A DNA stretch of 57,520 nt from a virus (taxonomy: Duplodnaviria > Caudoviricetes). Positions within the stretch are counted from its first letter, which is position 1. Each line of letters opens with the position of its first letter. Shown here piece after piece: positions 45,943 through 52,765 of this stretch. Location of the stretch: positions 1 to 57,520 of the IMG/VR virus record IMGVR_UViG_3300033153_001834; one strand, written 5' to 3'. The position numbers were made by a program, and so were the translations under genes. A model generated the notes under the pieces. The model did no database searches. It was not told the origin of the DNA and worked only from the letters and a program-made list of their open reading frames with translations.

Positions 45943-47115
45943 TTATGGAAGTTTATCAATTAAAGATAACTTAAACATATAGTCATCAGTATCTTCACGT
46001 AATGCACGGAAGCTACCGGACTGCATTAAGAATTGATCTTTTCCAGCAATTGGAGTATCTAAAGTTTCAAACTTACATTTAGGCATATTCATACCGATAT
46101 TATTACCATGACCATCAGTAAGAATAATAGTAACACCGAAACTTTGTGCAGCTAAGAACTTATTGTAAAGACTTAAATCTTTAAAGTAAACTTCAACGTT
46201 ACCAGTAATTTGAACTGAGTAAGAAGCAGTTTCACAAGCACCTAGAACACCGATAGATTTTGCAGCTGTGATTTGGTTATCGTAAGTTAGGTCTAAGGAC
46301 TGGAATGAACAAGTACCTAAAGAAACGCCCTCAAGATAAATAGTACCTACAGAACTTACAGCATTCATAATACTATATGCTGGTACAGCTACTTCTGTTT
46401 GACCTGCAATAGGTGTAGCAGTAGCTTCTTCGGTAAGACCAATAACACCAAACGAACCATTTAAAATAGAACCAGTAGCGAAGTTCCAGTTCATTGTAGA
46501 GATTTTAACACCACGGTAATACCAATAACTAAAACTACCACCATTATTTGCGGTCTTTTTAAAGGTATATGTTTTTGGTGAATCAGCGCCATTAGTTACT
46601 AAGGTATCTGCATCTACAGCAACATCAGTTTGCGCTGTCATATTAATAGGCATATTTGGATAAATAGAAATCTCATCCGCTACTGAATTATCAATACAAG
46701 TATAAATACCATCAATAATATCATCTAATACAGAAGATAATCGAAATACATCACCAATCCCTACATCGCCTTCAATACCTGCTAAAGAAACAGTACCAAA
46801 ATCAATACCATCTACAGAAGCTGCAGAAAGCGCAATAGCTGTAGTAGTATCATTTTGAAGTAAAGCTAACATCAATGGTTTATATGGGTCATAACTTAAT
46901 TCATAATTAAGCTCTCCACCGACTTCTGAATCTACTACAACTAAGTCGTCTGTCTGACGATCATCTCGGATGACTTCAGAAACGGCTGTAGAAATATTAG
47001 AAACAGGCGAACCACCTGTTGTTGGTAAAAGTTGAAATGCGGGAGTGTCAGGTGTTACACCTTCTTCTGTCTCTTCAATATACGAAATACCAGTATAATT
47101 CGTAGTTACTGCCAT
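45943..47115 (-). CDS. major tail tube protein
   Basis: E...GVTP..P, SE.IR.DRQ..D, G.VEVYF.D..LY.KF; position. Confidence 0.85.
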   Translation of the reverse strand: MAVTTNYTGISYIEETEEGVTPDTPAFQLLPTTGGSPVSNISTAVSEVIRDDRQTDDLVVVDSEVGGELNYELSYDPYKPLMLALLQNDTTTAIALSAASVDGIDFGTVSLAGIEGDVGIGDVFRLSSVLDDIIDGIYTCIDNSVADEISIYPNMPINMTAQTDVAVDADTLVTNGADSPKTYTFKKTANNGGSFSYWYYRGVKISTMNWNFATGSILNGSFGVIGLTEEATATPIAGQTEVAVPAYSIMNAVSSVGTIYLEGVSLGTCSFQSLDLTYDNQITAAKSIGVLGACETASYSVQITGNVEVYFKDLSLYNKFLAAQSFGVTIILTDGHGNNIGMNMPKCKFETLDTPIAGKDQFLMQSGSFRALREDTDDYMFKLSLIDKLP

Positions 47116-47133
47116 GATTATCTCCTAATTAAA

Positions 47134-47541
47134 TTAAATCTCATCTGAAATAAATGGTACTTCACATATGAGGTTGAACCAACCATCTTTATCGTCCCCT
47201 ACACGTTGAACGGTAGCAGCCTGTGTTAATAAATTTGGTAATGGATTTTTATTATCCATTATATCTTTTATATCTTGTGCGTATTGATAAGCTTGACCAA
47301 CACCTTTTCCTAATGGAACCCTTATATTAATAAATAATACACCTTCAGTTCTTTTTCTTTTCTGAGAAGCTGAAGCTATATTAACATTAGTACTAAAATA
47401 AGGTATAAACTTTGTTTCTAAATAAGCTTGTCCAGTAGTTTCACTAAATTTCATATTATCTACAGCTATAGGAGTAGCACCTGCCCATCCTGCGGTTAGC
47501 ATATTATCTAACTCTGCTGCTGTTTCTAATAACGTTGGCAT
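47134..47541 (-). CDS. tail terminator protein
   Basis: size, position, G...I.I.VP.G.G. Confidence 0.7.
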   Translation of the reverse strand: MPTLLETAAELDNMLTAGWAGATPIAVDNMKFSETTGQAYLETKFIPYFSTNVNIASASQKRKRTEGVLFINIRVPLGKGVGQAYQYAQDIKDIMDNKNPLPNLLTQAATVQRVGDDKDGWFNLICEVPFISDEI

Positions 47542-47960
47542 TAAATCTTACCTGCTGCTTTAGCTTCACCACGTTTAATTGCTCTTCTTACAAAACCTTT
47601 CGAAGCAGCAACTTTTGCACTATCTGGAAATAAAGGATTAATTCCAGCATTAACATAAACTAAATATGGAGTATTATTCCATATATAATATCTTTCATGC
47701 CTTCCATATGTCTTTTGACTAGATGGTTGAGGCTTTTGGTATTTTTGTCTACTAGTATTCTTTGGTCTAATATTATCCGCTTTAGTATTTGGTCTTATCC
47801 CTTTCTTCCAATTTGAAGCTAAAGTTCCAGTTTGGACAGGAGATTCTTCTACTAATTCATTATAAATATTATCTACTACATTAGCAGCATTCTTTTCAAA
47901 ATTATCATATATGGTTTCTACTAAGTCTCCAAAATGATTTGTAACTCTTCCAGTTCCCAT
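47541..47960 (-). CDS. tail completion/neck protein (HK97 gp10-like)
   Basis: SPV.TG.L..NW, N.TPY..Y.N.G, GFV. Confidence 0.7.
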   Translation of the reverse strand: MGTGRVTNHFGDLVETIYDNFEKNAANVVDNIYNELVEESPVQTGTLASNWKKGIRPNTKADNIRPKNTSRQKYQKPQPSSQKTYGRHERYYIWNNTPYLVYVNAGINPLFPDSAKVAASKGFVRRAIKRGEAKAAGKI

Positions 47961-48328
47961 TAGCCTAATCTCCTTGCGTAGATAGTCCAACTAGCTTTCG
48001 CTGGGTCTGGATTAAATGCTTTCAACTTATAAGTTGAACCTTCATCTTTAATTATCATGTCTACTTCAAAATCTACATTATTTCTATCGCTATCAATAAC
48101 TAAGATTTTTATATTGTTATTTAAAGTAGCATCATCAATTCTTTCACCTTCAAAATCAGATGAAACTACAGCTCTTACGTCTGTAATTGTTTCTGTAATA
48201 GTATTAACCATAGTTCCATCATCATAAGAATCAGTAACTACTACAAATTGAATAATTCTAACTGCATCTAATAAATCACTATCAAAAGCCTTTCCTAAAC
48301 TGTTTTGAACATCTTCATATAGTCCCAT
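47960..48328 (-). CDS. head closure protein
   Basis: size, position, DPA.A.W....R. Confidence 0.65.
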   Translation of the reverse strand: MGLYEDVQNSLGKAFDSDLLDAVRIIQFVVVTDSYDDGTMVNTITETITDVRAVVSSDFEGERIDDATLNNNIKILVIDSDRNNVDFEVDMIIKDEGSTYKLKAFNPDPAKASWTIYARRLG

Positions 48329-48482
48329 GGCTTTCTTCTAACCTACTAGTCTTAGGGTTTATTCTTTTTTCCGCTTCGTACTTAATTGCAAAATATATTG
48401 AAAGTCGTTTTCCGTTTTTAAAAATAGCATAACCTTTATCGGTATGCTTTATTTCTTTATCAGTCTTAACACGACTTTTCAT
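48315..48482 (-). CDS. small basic hypothetical protein (55 aa)
   Basis: ATG 3 nt after adaptor stop; fills gap; not in ORF track. Confidence 0.4.
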   Translation of the reverse strand: MKSRVKTDKEIKHTDKGYAIFKNGKRLSIYFAIKYEAEKRINPKTSRLEESHGTI

Positions 48483-48485
48483 TCT

Positions 48486-48920
48486 TTAAACCCTTATTAG
48501 ATTTTTATTTCCATTGCCTAAAGAGCAGTAAGGAGATAGTATCATCGTAACTTCTGGTTTTTGATCTATCTTTTTGCCTGCTTTAGAATAAATACCTTGA
48601 TAAGTTGTTTCACTTTCTACAGAACCAGCTTTAACTTTCTTCTGTACTATTGGACCAGATTTAGGGTCTTCAGTTGGTAGTAAGACTCCTTGTACGTGTT
48701 GCTCAGCTAAAATAGCATTAGCACGTTGAACTTCGTCTGGTATAGTTAAATAGTCATCGGTGTCCCATAAATCAGATTCGCAAGAGTAATTCTGATCTAT
48801 AAACAAACGGCCATATACTAATGCCATTTCTTTATCAGAGACACTAGCATCTGACCACTCATCAGATTTATTTATAGAAGTAGCAAAAGCTACTGTACAA
48901 TATGGGACTAAATAAGCCAT
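48486..48920 (-). CDS. head-tail adaptor protein
   Basis: Y.TV.FA, W......K..AL, IP.EV..A...LA, KVKAGSVE.ETTY. Confidence 0.7.
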   Translation of the reverse strand: MAYLVPYCTVAFATSINKSDEWSDASVSDKEMALVYGRLFIDQNYSCESDLWDTDDYLTIPDEVQRANAILAEQHVQGVLLPTEDPKSGPIVQKKVKAGSVESETTYQGIYSKAGKKIDQKPEVTMILSPYCSLGNGNKNLIRV

Positions 48921-48921
48921 A

Positions 48922-49341
48922 TTAACATGCGGCCTTACAAGCTACCTTAGCTACATCAGCTGCAACTTTTACTGCAGTATGAACAGAAGCAGAATCTTGC
49001 TGATCTCCTGAATCTATAGCCGCAGATAAAGTAGCAATAGCAGCTGCAATATTATTGGTAACAGCTTCTAGTAAAGCTTCTGCTAATTGACCAGAATCAG
49101 AATCTGCCGTAATAGTATTACCTGTAGCAAAACTCATAGTAAACACTTCGCCTACTGCTTGATTTCGAATTACGAAAACTAAGGTAGATGCATCTGAAAC
49201 AACAGAATCTACATTACCAGAACTAACGCTAATGCCTGTCATATCCTCTGCAGTAACGGCTTCTGAGAATGTGACTATTGCCTGCAAGCCACCGTTTGCA
49301 TCATTAGATGCTACGATACCTGATATAGTTGGAGTTGCCAT
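48922..49341 (-). CDS. Ig-like putative head decoration protein
   Basis: VTFSEAV Ig-like motif; Ala/Ser/Thr-rich. Confidence 0.5.
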   Translation of the reverse strand: MATPTISGIVASNDANGGLQAIVTFSEAVTAEDMTGISVSSGNVDSVVSDASTLVFVIRNQAVGEVFTMSFATGNTITADSDSGQLAEALLEAVTNNIAAAIATLSAAIDSGDQQDSASVHTAVKVAADVAKVACKAAC

Positions 49342-49350
49342 AATTTATCC

Positions 49351-49689
49351 TTATGATGGTTTAAATGTTGGGTCGGGAAAACTTCTTGGTTTAGTTCTAA
49401 GCGGTAAACCTGCTTTTTTCTTAAGAATAGTACTAGTTTGCTTTCTCATAGAGGCCATTAGTTCAGAATGACTAGGTTTTCTTTTCTTATCTTCTGCTTT
49501 TCGCTCTGCGACTTCTTTCTTAGATTCTTCAACCTTAGATTCATTCGCTTCTGCTACTGGTGCAGTTGCTTCGTTAACAATAGGATTAACTTTAGGGTCA
49601 ACTTTAGCTTCTACTTTAGCAGCATCTTCTGTTGCTTTAGTTTCTACTTTAGTTGCCTCTTCTACTTTTTTCTCTTCTGATAAAGCCAT
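49351..49689 (-). CDS. low-complexity K/E/A-rich hypothetical protein
   Basis: ACAGGAG SD; follows capsid gene. Confidence 0.6.
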   Translation of the reverse strand: MALSEEKKVEEATKVETKATEDAAKVEAKVDPKVNPIVNEATAPVAEANESKVEESKKEVAERKAEDKKRKPSHSELMASMRKQTSTILKKKAGLPLRTKPRSFPDPTFKPS

Positions 49690-49743
49690 TTTTAATTCTC
49701 CTGTGTATTTATTATTGAATAACTCTTAATAAAAACTATTCAA

Positions 49744-49776
49744 TAATAAATCAGGGCTATAAACCCTGATTTATTA
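49744..49776 (-). terminator. terminator/stem-loop after major capsid gene
   Basis: TAATAAATCAGGG-N7-CCCTGATTTATTA inverted repeat. Confidence 0.7.
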
Positions 49777-49795
49777 ATATTTTAGAACTATAGAA

Positions 49796-50812
49796 TTAAC
49801 CGTTTGACTTAAGTACTGCCAAAGGAATATTCTTACGTTCAGTATAAATACGATCCCATTGAGCTGCCGCTTCTAACTGAGTTAGAGTAGCAGTAATGCC
49901 CTGAGCTAGACCAGAAGATAGGAAAGCGAAACCTTGAGGATGAACGATTTCATTCTGACGATAGACAAGAATATCTTGACCAGAACCTTGACCTACTAGA
50001 GCTTCACGCTGAAGTTCAGAAGGCATAAGAGCAGGAGAAGTACCATAACCGAAAGCACCACGACCTAAAAGGACAGTATCGTAAACGAAACCAGAAGTAC
50101 CACCAGCAATAACGGTCATACCGTCATCTTCGATAACTTCCAAACCAAGATAGGTAGGAATTTGAACTTCGCCACGAGCATCTGGGATATAATCAATAAG
50201 ATTTTGCTTCTTAAGATTAGCGAAAACAACTGAATGCATAGCAATAGCAGTTAAAGTGCTAGAGTGGTCGCCCATAGTTGCTTGAGTGTCAATTACAGCT
50301 TCAGCAGAAATAAGATTAACCGCAGTAGCAGCATCACCATCAGCGATAGAAATGTCGTTAACCATATCAGATGTATAGTTATCAATATTATCTGCTAGAA
50401 CACCAGTAAGAGTGGATAGCAAACGATTTTGAGAAGCGGTAGCCCAATAATGACCAACACGATTAGTAATAGCACCAAGAGGATCTTGCAAAGCTAGTTG
50501 ACGAGCTAAGTCCATAGTAGACCAGGCTTTAGTTTGATTAGCTAAACGGAAGATTTGTGTACCAGAAGTGATTTTATCAGGAACGATAACATCAGCTGGA
50601 TTATCAGTTGCGTAATCTGGCTCATCATTAGTTAGAGGATCGAAGTTAGGCAATTCGCCAACCATACCACCAACAGCTACCATTGAGTCAATACGTGTAT
50701 CACGTACCATTACACCGGACTGGATAAAACGATTGTATTCAATCGCAGATTCTTGAACAGCACCATTAAATGCTGTAGGCTCATAAATGTCAGCAAGACG
50801 TACTTCAGCCAT
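49796..50812 (-). CDS. major capsid protein
   Basis: 338 aa, F.QSG, DL...L...DP..AI, IAMHS.V, IPTY.G..V..DD, HP.G; strongly biased codons. Confidence 0.9.
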   Translation of the reverse strand: MAEVRLADIYEPTAFNGAVQESAIEYNRFIQSGVMVRDTRIDSMVAVGGMVGELPNFDPLTNDEPDYATDNPADVIVPDKITSGTQIFRLANQTKAWSTMDLARQLALQDPLGAITNRVGHYWATASQNRLLSTLTGVLADNIDNYTSDMVNDISIADGDAATAVNLISAEAVIDTQATMGDHSSTLTAIAMHSVVFANLKKQNLIDYIPDARGEVQIPTYLGLEVIEDDGMTVIAGGTSGFVYDTVLLGRGAFGYGTSPALMPSELQREALVGQGSGQDILVYRQNEIVHPQGFAFLSSGLAQGITATLTQLEAAAQWDRIYTERKNIPLAVLKSNG

Positions 50813-50839
50813 TTTAATTTCTCCTAAAAGTATATTAAG

Positions 50840-50929
50840 CTCTTAGCAGAAATTTTATCGGTGCCAAGAGAGAGTTATTTATTTTACTCATCTTGACGGA
50901 ATCTCGATGTGGGAAAGACGGAATCTTTC
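50840..50929 (-). promoter_or_regulatory. structured capsid 5' leader with twin UUCCG-loop hairpins
   Basis: AGATTCCGTC twice (50895-50904, 50917-50926), each in a hairpin, plus a CTCTTGGCA/TGCTAAGAG stem. Confidence 0.55.
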
Positions 50930-50944
50930 TATTTGTATAATGTA

Positions 50945-50973
50945 ATCATAACACATCTAAATAGAAAAGTAAA
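50945..50973 (-). promoter_or_regulatory. capsid gene promoter
   Basis: TTTACT-N17-TATGAT. Confidence 0.65.
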
Positions 50974-50991
50974 GCTTTTTATTAATTATTT

Positions 50992-51020
50992 TTTACATTT
51001 ATAGATTTTTATAGTATAAT
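50992..51020 (+). promoter_or_regulatory. promoter of antisense moron
   Basis: TTTACA-N17-TATAAT. Confidence 0.75.
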
Positions 51021-51065
51021 ATAGTCTAATATAAGTTAAATACTATATAGAAGGAATAGTTAAAA

Positions 51066-51236
51066 ATGAATGGTAAGAAAGCAAGAAAGATTAGAAAAGA
51101 TTTAAGAATGAATGGTATTTATTATGATAATGCTGAATATGAAATTCTTAATCATGGGAAAAATGGTATTGGTACGATTGGTTTAACCTCAAGTTGCGGA
51201 CGTTCTAAATATCTTAAGGCTAAAGCAGACGTATAA
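51066..51236 (+). CDS. small basic protein (56 aa), antisense moron
   Basis: MNGKKARKIRKDLRMNG...KAKADV; AAGGA SD, own promoter and terminator; not in ORF track. Confidence 0.7.
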   Translation: MNGKKARKIRKDLRMNGIYYDNAEYEILNHGKNGIGTIGLTSSCGRSKYLKAKADV

Positions 51237-51240
51237 TTTT

Positions 51241-51270
51241 AATGGGTTAGATTAAAAACCTAACCCATTA
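51241..51270. terminator. bidirectional terminator
   Basis: AATGGGTTAG/CTAACCCATT inverted repeat between convergent stops. Confidence 0.75.
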
Positions 51271-51274
51271 TTAA

Positions 51275-52090
51275 TTACTGAACAGCTTCACGTAAAGTTT
51301 TAGCTAGAGTTGGATTGTTCTTATTCAATTTTGCTTGTTCTGTAATAGAATAACCATTACCTTTCTTATCAAAAGGATTATTAGTAGCATTATACTTCTT
51401 ACCACCAACATTAATAGTTGTATCAGAACCTTGATTTTGAATAGGAAAAGCTCCTGAAAACGCTTCATTAGCTTGAAATTCAGCGATTAATTCCGAAACG
51501 ATCATAGGGTCACCAGTCTTTACGTTCATCCGTTCCGCACCAGAAGTATCAACTACTTTAGTTTTATAAAGACCATTTTCATCTTTAAAGGTTTGAATGC
51601 TATCTTTAATATGAGGCATTAATAGAACTTGAGAACCGTTTACCTTTTCAATTTCTTTTAAAGCAACGTTTTCAATTAGTTCGTGGTCTAAAGCTGATTT
51701 TAGCCCTACAATTTCTAAGTCTTTAGATATAGTTAAATCACTAACAATCTTTTCGTGACTATTAGTCATATCATTCTTAAGCTTATTCCAGTTTTCAGAT
51801 GCAACTAAAGCTTCTTCTTCAGCTTTAATTCGATCAGATTCGATTTTATCTACATTTTCGATATATTTAGTATATCCATCTAAATCTAAACCTTCAGCTT
51901 TCTTTGATAATTCTTTAGCATCATTTAAGCGACTAATAAGGTCAGAATTTTTATCAACTAAACCTTTCTTTTGATTTTCAATATCTGTATTATATAGAGT
52001 ATCAAAGTTTTCTTGAACAGCTGACATTAATTTTGCTTGGTCTTCTGTTAGGTTTAGCTCTTTCATTAAATCTTTTATTGCAATTGGCAT
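51275..52090 (-). CDS. capsid scaffolding protein
   Basis: coiled coil (GL..KN..L), NPF......TEQAKL...NP.LA C-terminus; ATG at 52090 after AGGAAGGA. Confidence 0.75.
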   Translation of the reverse strand: MPIAIKDLMKELNLTEDQAKLMSAVQENFDTLYNTDIENQKKGLVDKNSDLISRLNDAKELSKKAEGLDLDGYTKYIENVDKIESDRIKAEEEALVASENWNKLKNDMTNSHEKIVSDLTISKDLEIVGLKSALDHELIENVALKEIEKVNGSQVLLMPHIKDSIQTFKDENGLYKTKVVDTSGAERMNVKTGDPMIVSELIAEFQANEAFSGAFPIQNQGSDTTINVGGKKYNATNNPFDKKGNGYSITEQAKLNKNNPTLAKTLREAVQ

Positions 52091-52120
52091 CTTATTTTCC
52101 TTCCTGTGTTTAAAAATATA

Positions 52121-52142
52121 GGCGTTAAGATTAGTTAACGCC
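52121..52142 (-). terminator. stem-loop after the tRNA-like/leader/protein cassette
   Basis: GGCGTTAA-N6-TTAACGCC followed on - strand by TATATTTTT. Confidence 0.55.
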
Positions 52143-52153
52143 ATTTTACTAAA

Positions 52154-52522
52154 TTATGCAGCTTTCTTCATTTCTGGAGACTGATAAATTCCAGACTTCC
52201 ATTCGTTTAAAATCTTTAGATTTTCTTCACGCTTATCTGAATCAGAATATTTTTCAACCATAGACTTAACTTTACTCCAGTTAGGTATGGTCATAGAAGT
52301 TCGTTCTATTTGTTTATATCCTAAACCTCTTATTAATCCATAAGCAAGATAAGTTGCTCTTGCAATAGGTCTAATATGAGTAGTTCTATGTAAATAGATA
52401 GATTCTCTTCTCATATTTGATTTATAAGAAAATTTACCTTTTTTAATTGATAACTCTTCTTTACGAATAATGCGTGATTCTTCTGCTAACGATTTTATTT
52501 TGATCTTTAATTCAATACTCAT
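52154..52522 (-). CDS. basic helical protein of unknown function linked to tRNA-like RNA
   Basis: TAAGGTG SD, ATG at 52522; LKIKIKSLAEESRIIRKEE...HR...IR..ARATYLAY....G..Y..IE. Confidence 0.75.
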   Translation of the reverse strand: MSIELKIKIKSLAEESRIIRKEELSIKKGKFSYKSNMRRESIYLHRTTHIRPIARATYLAYGLIRGLGYKQIERTSMTIPNWSKVKSMVEKYSDSDKREENLKILNEWKSGIYQSPEMKKAA

Positions 52523-52572
52523 GATATTCACCTTATTGTTTAATTTTAATTGTTATTTATAAAAAAATTAAA

Positions 52573-52612
52573 TCAATTTGGTGGTCCACGGTTATGAAAT
52601 TCAATGCTTCAT
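52573..52612 (-). CDS. leader peptide MKH-(UGAA)-FHNRGPPN requiring +1 recoding
   Basis: AGGAGA SD (52624-52619); ATG AAG CAT TGAA TTT CAT AAC CGT GGA CCA CCA AAT TGA. Confidence 0.6.
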
Positions 52613-52642
52613 AATTATTCTCCTATATTTTACGCTGTAAAA

Positions 52643-52711
52643 TGGTGAGTGTGCAGGGAATCGAACCCTGTGCTACCGGATTGAAAGCCTTTTGCAAAGC
52701 CCTTCACACCC
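52643..52711 (-). tRNA. non-canonical D-armless tRNA-like RNA, 8-nt anticodon loop (UUCA)
   Basis: GGGTGTG/CACACTC acceptor stem, A-CCA end, CAGGG-TTCGATT-CCCTG T arm; no D stem; TGC-AAAA-GG[CTTTCAAT]CC-GGTA-GCA arm. Confidence 0.75.
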
Positions 52712-52765
52712 TTAAAAAAATTATTTTAATAAACAAAAATAAAATAATAAAACAAAATAAAATAA

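Noticed and set aside
52643-52711. tmRNA or attP tRNA fragment
   Set aside because: No internal mRNA-like domain or G3:U70 pair; both acceptor strands are present; no integrase in the window.
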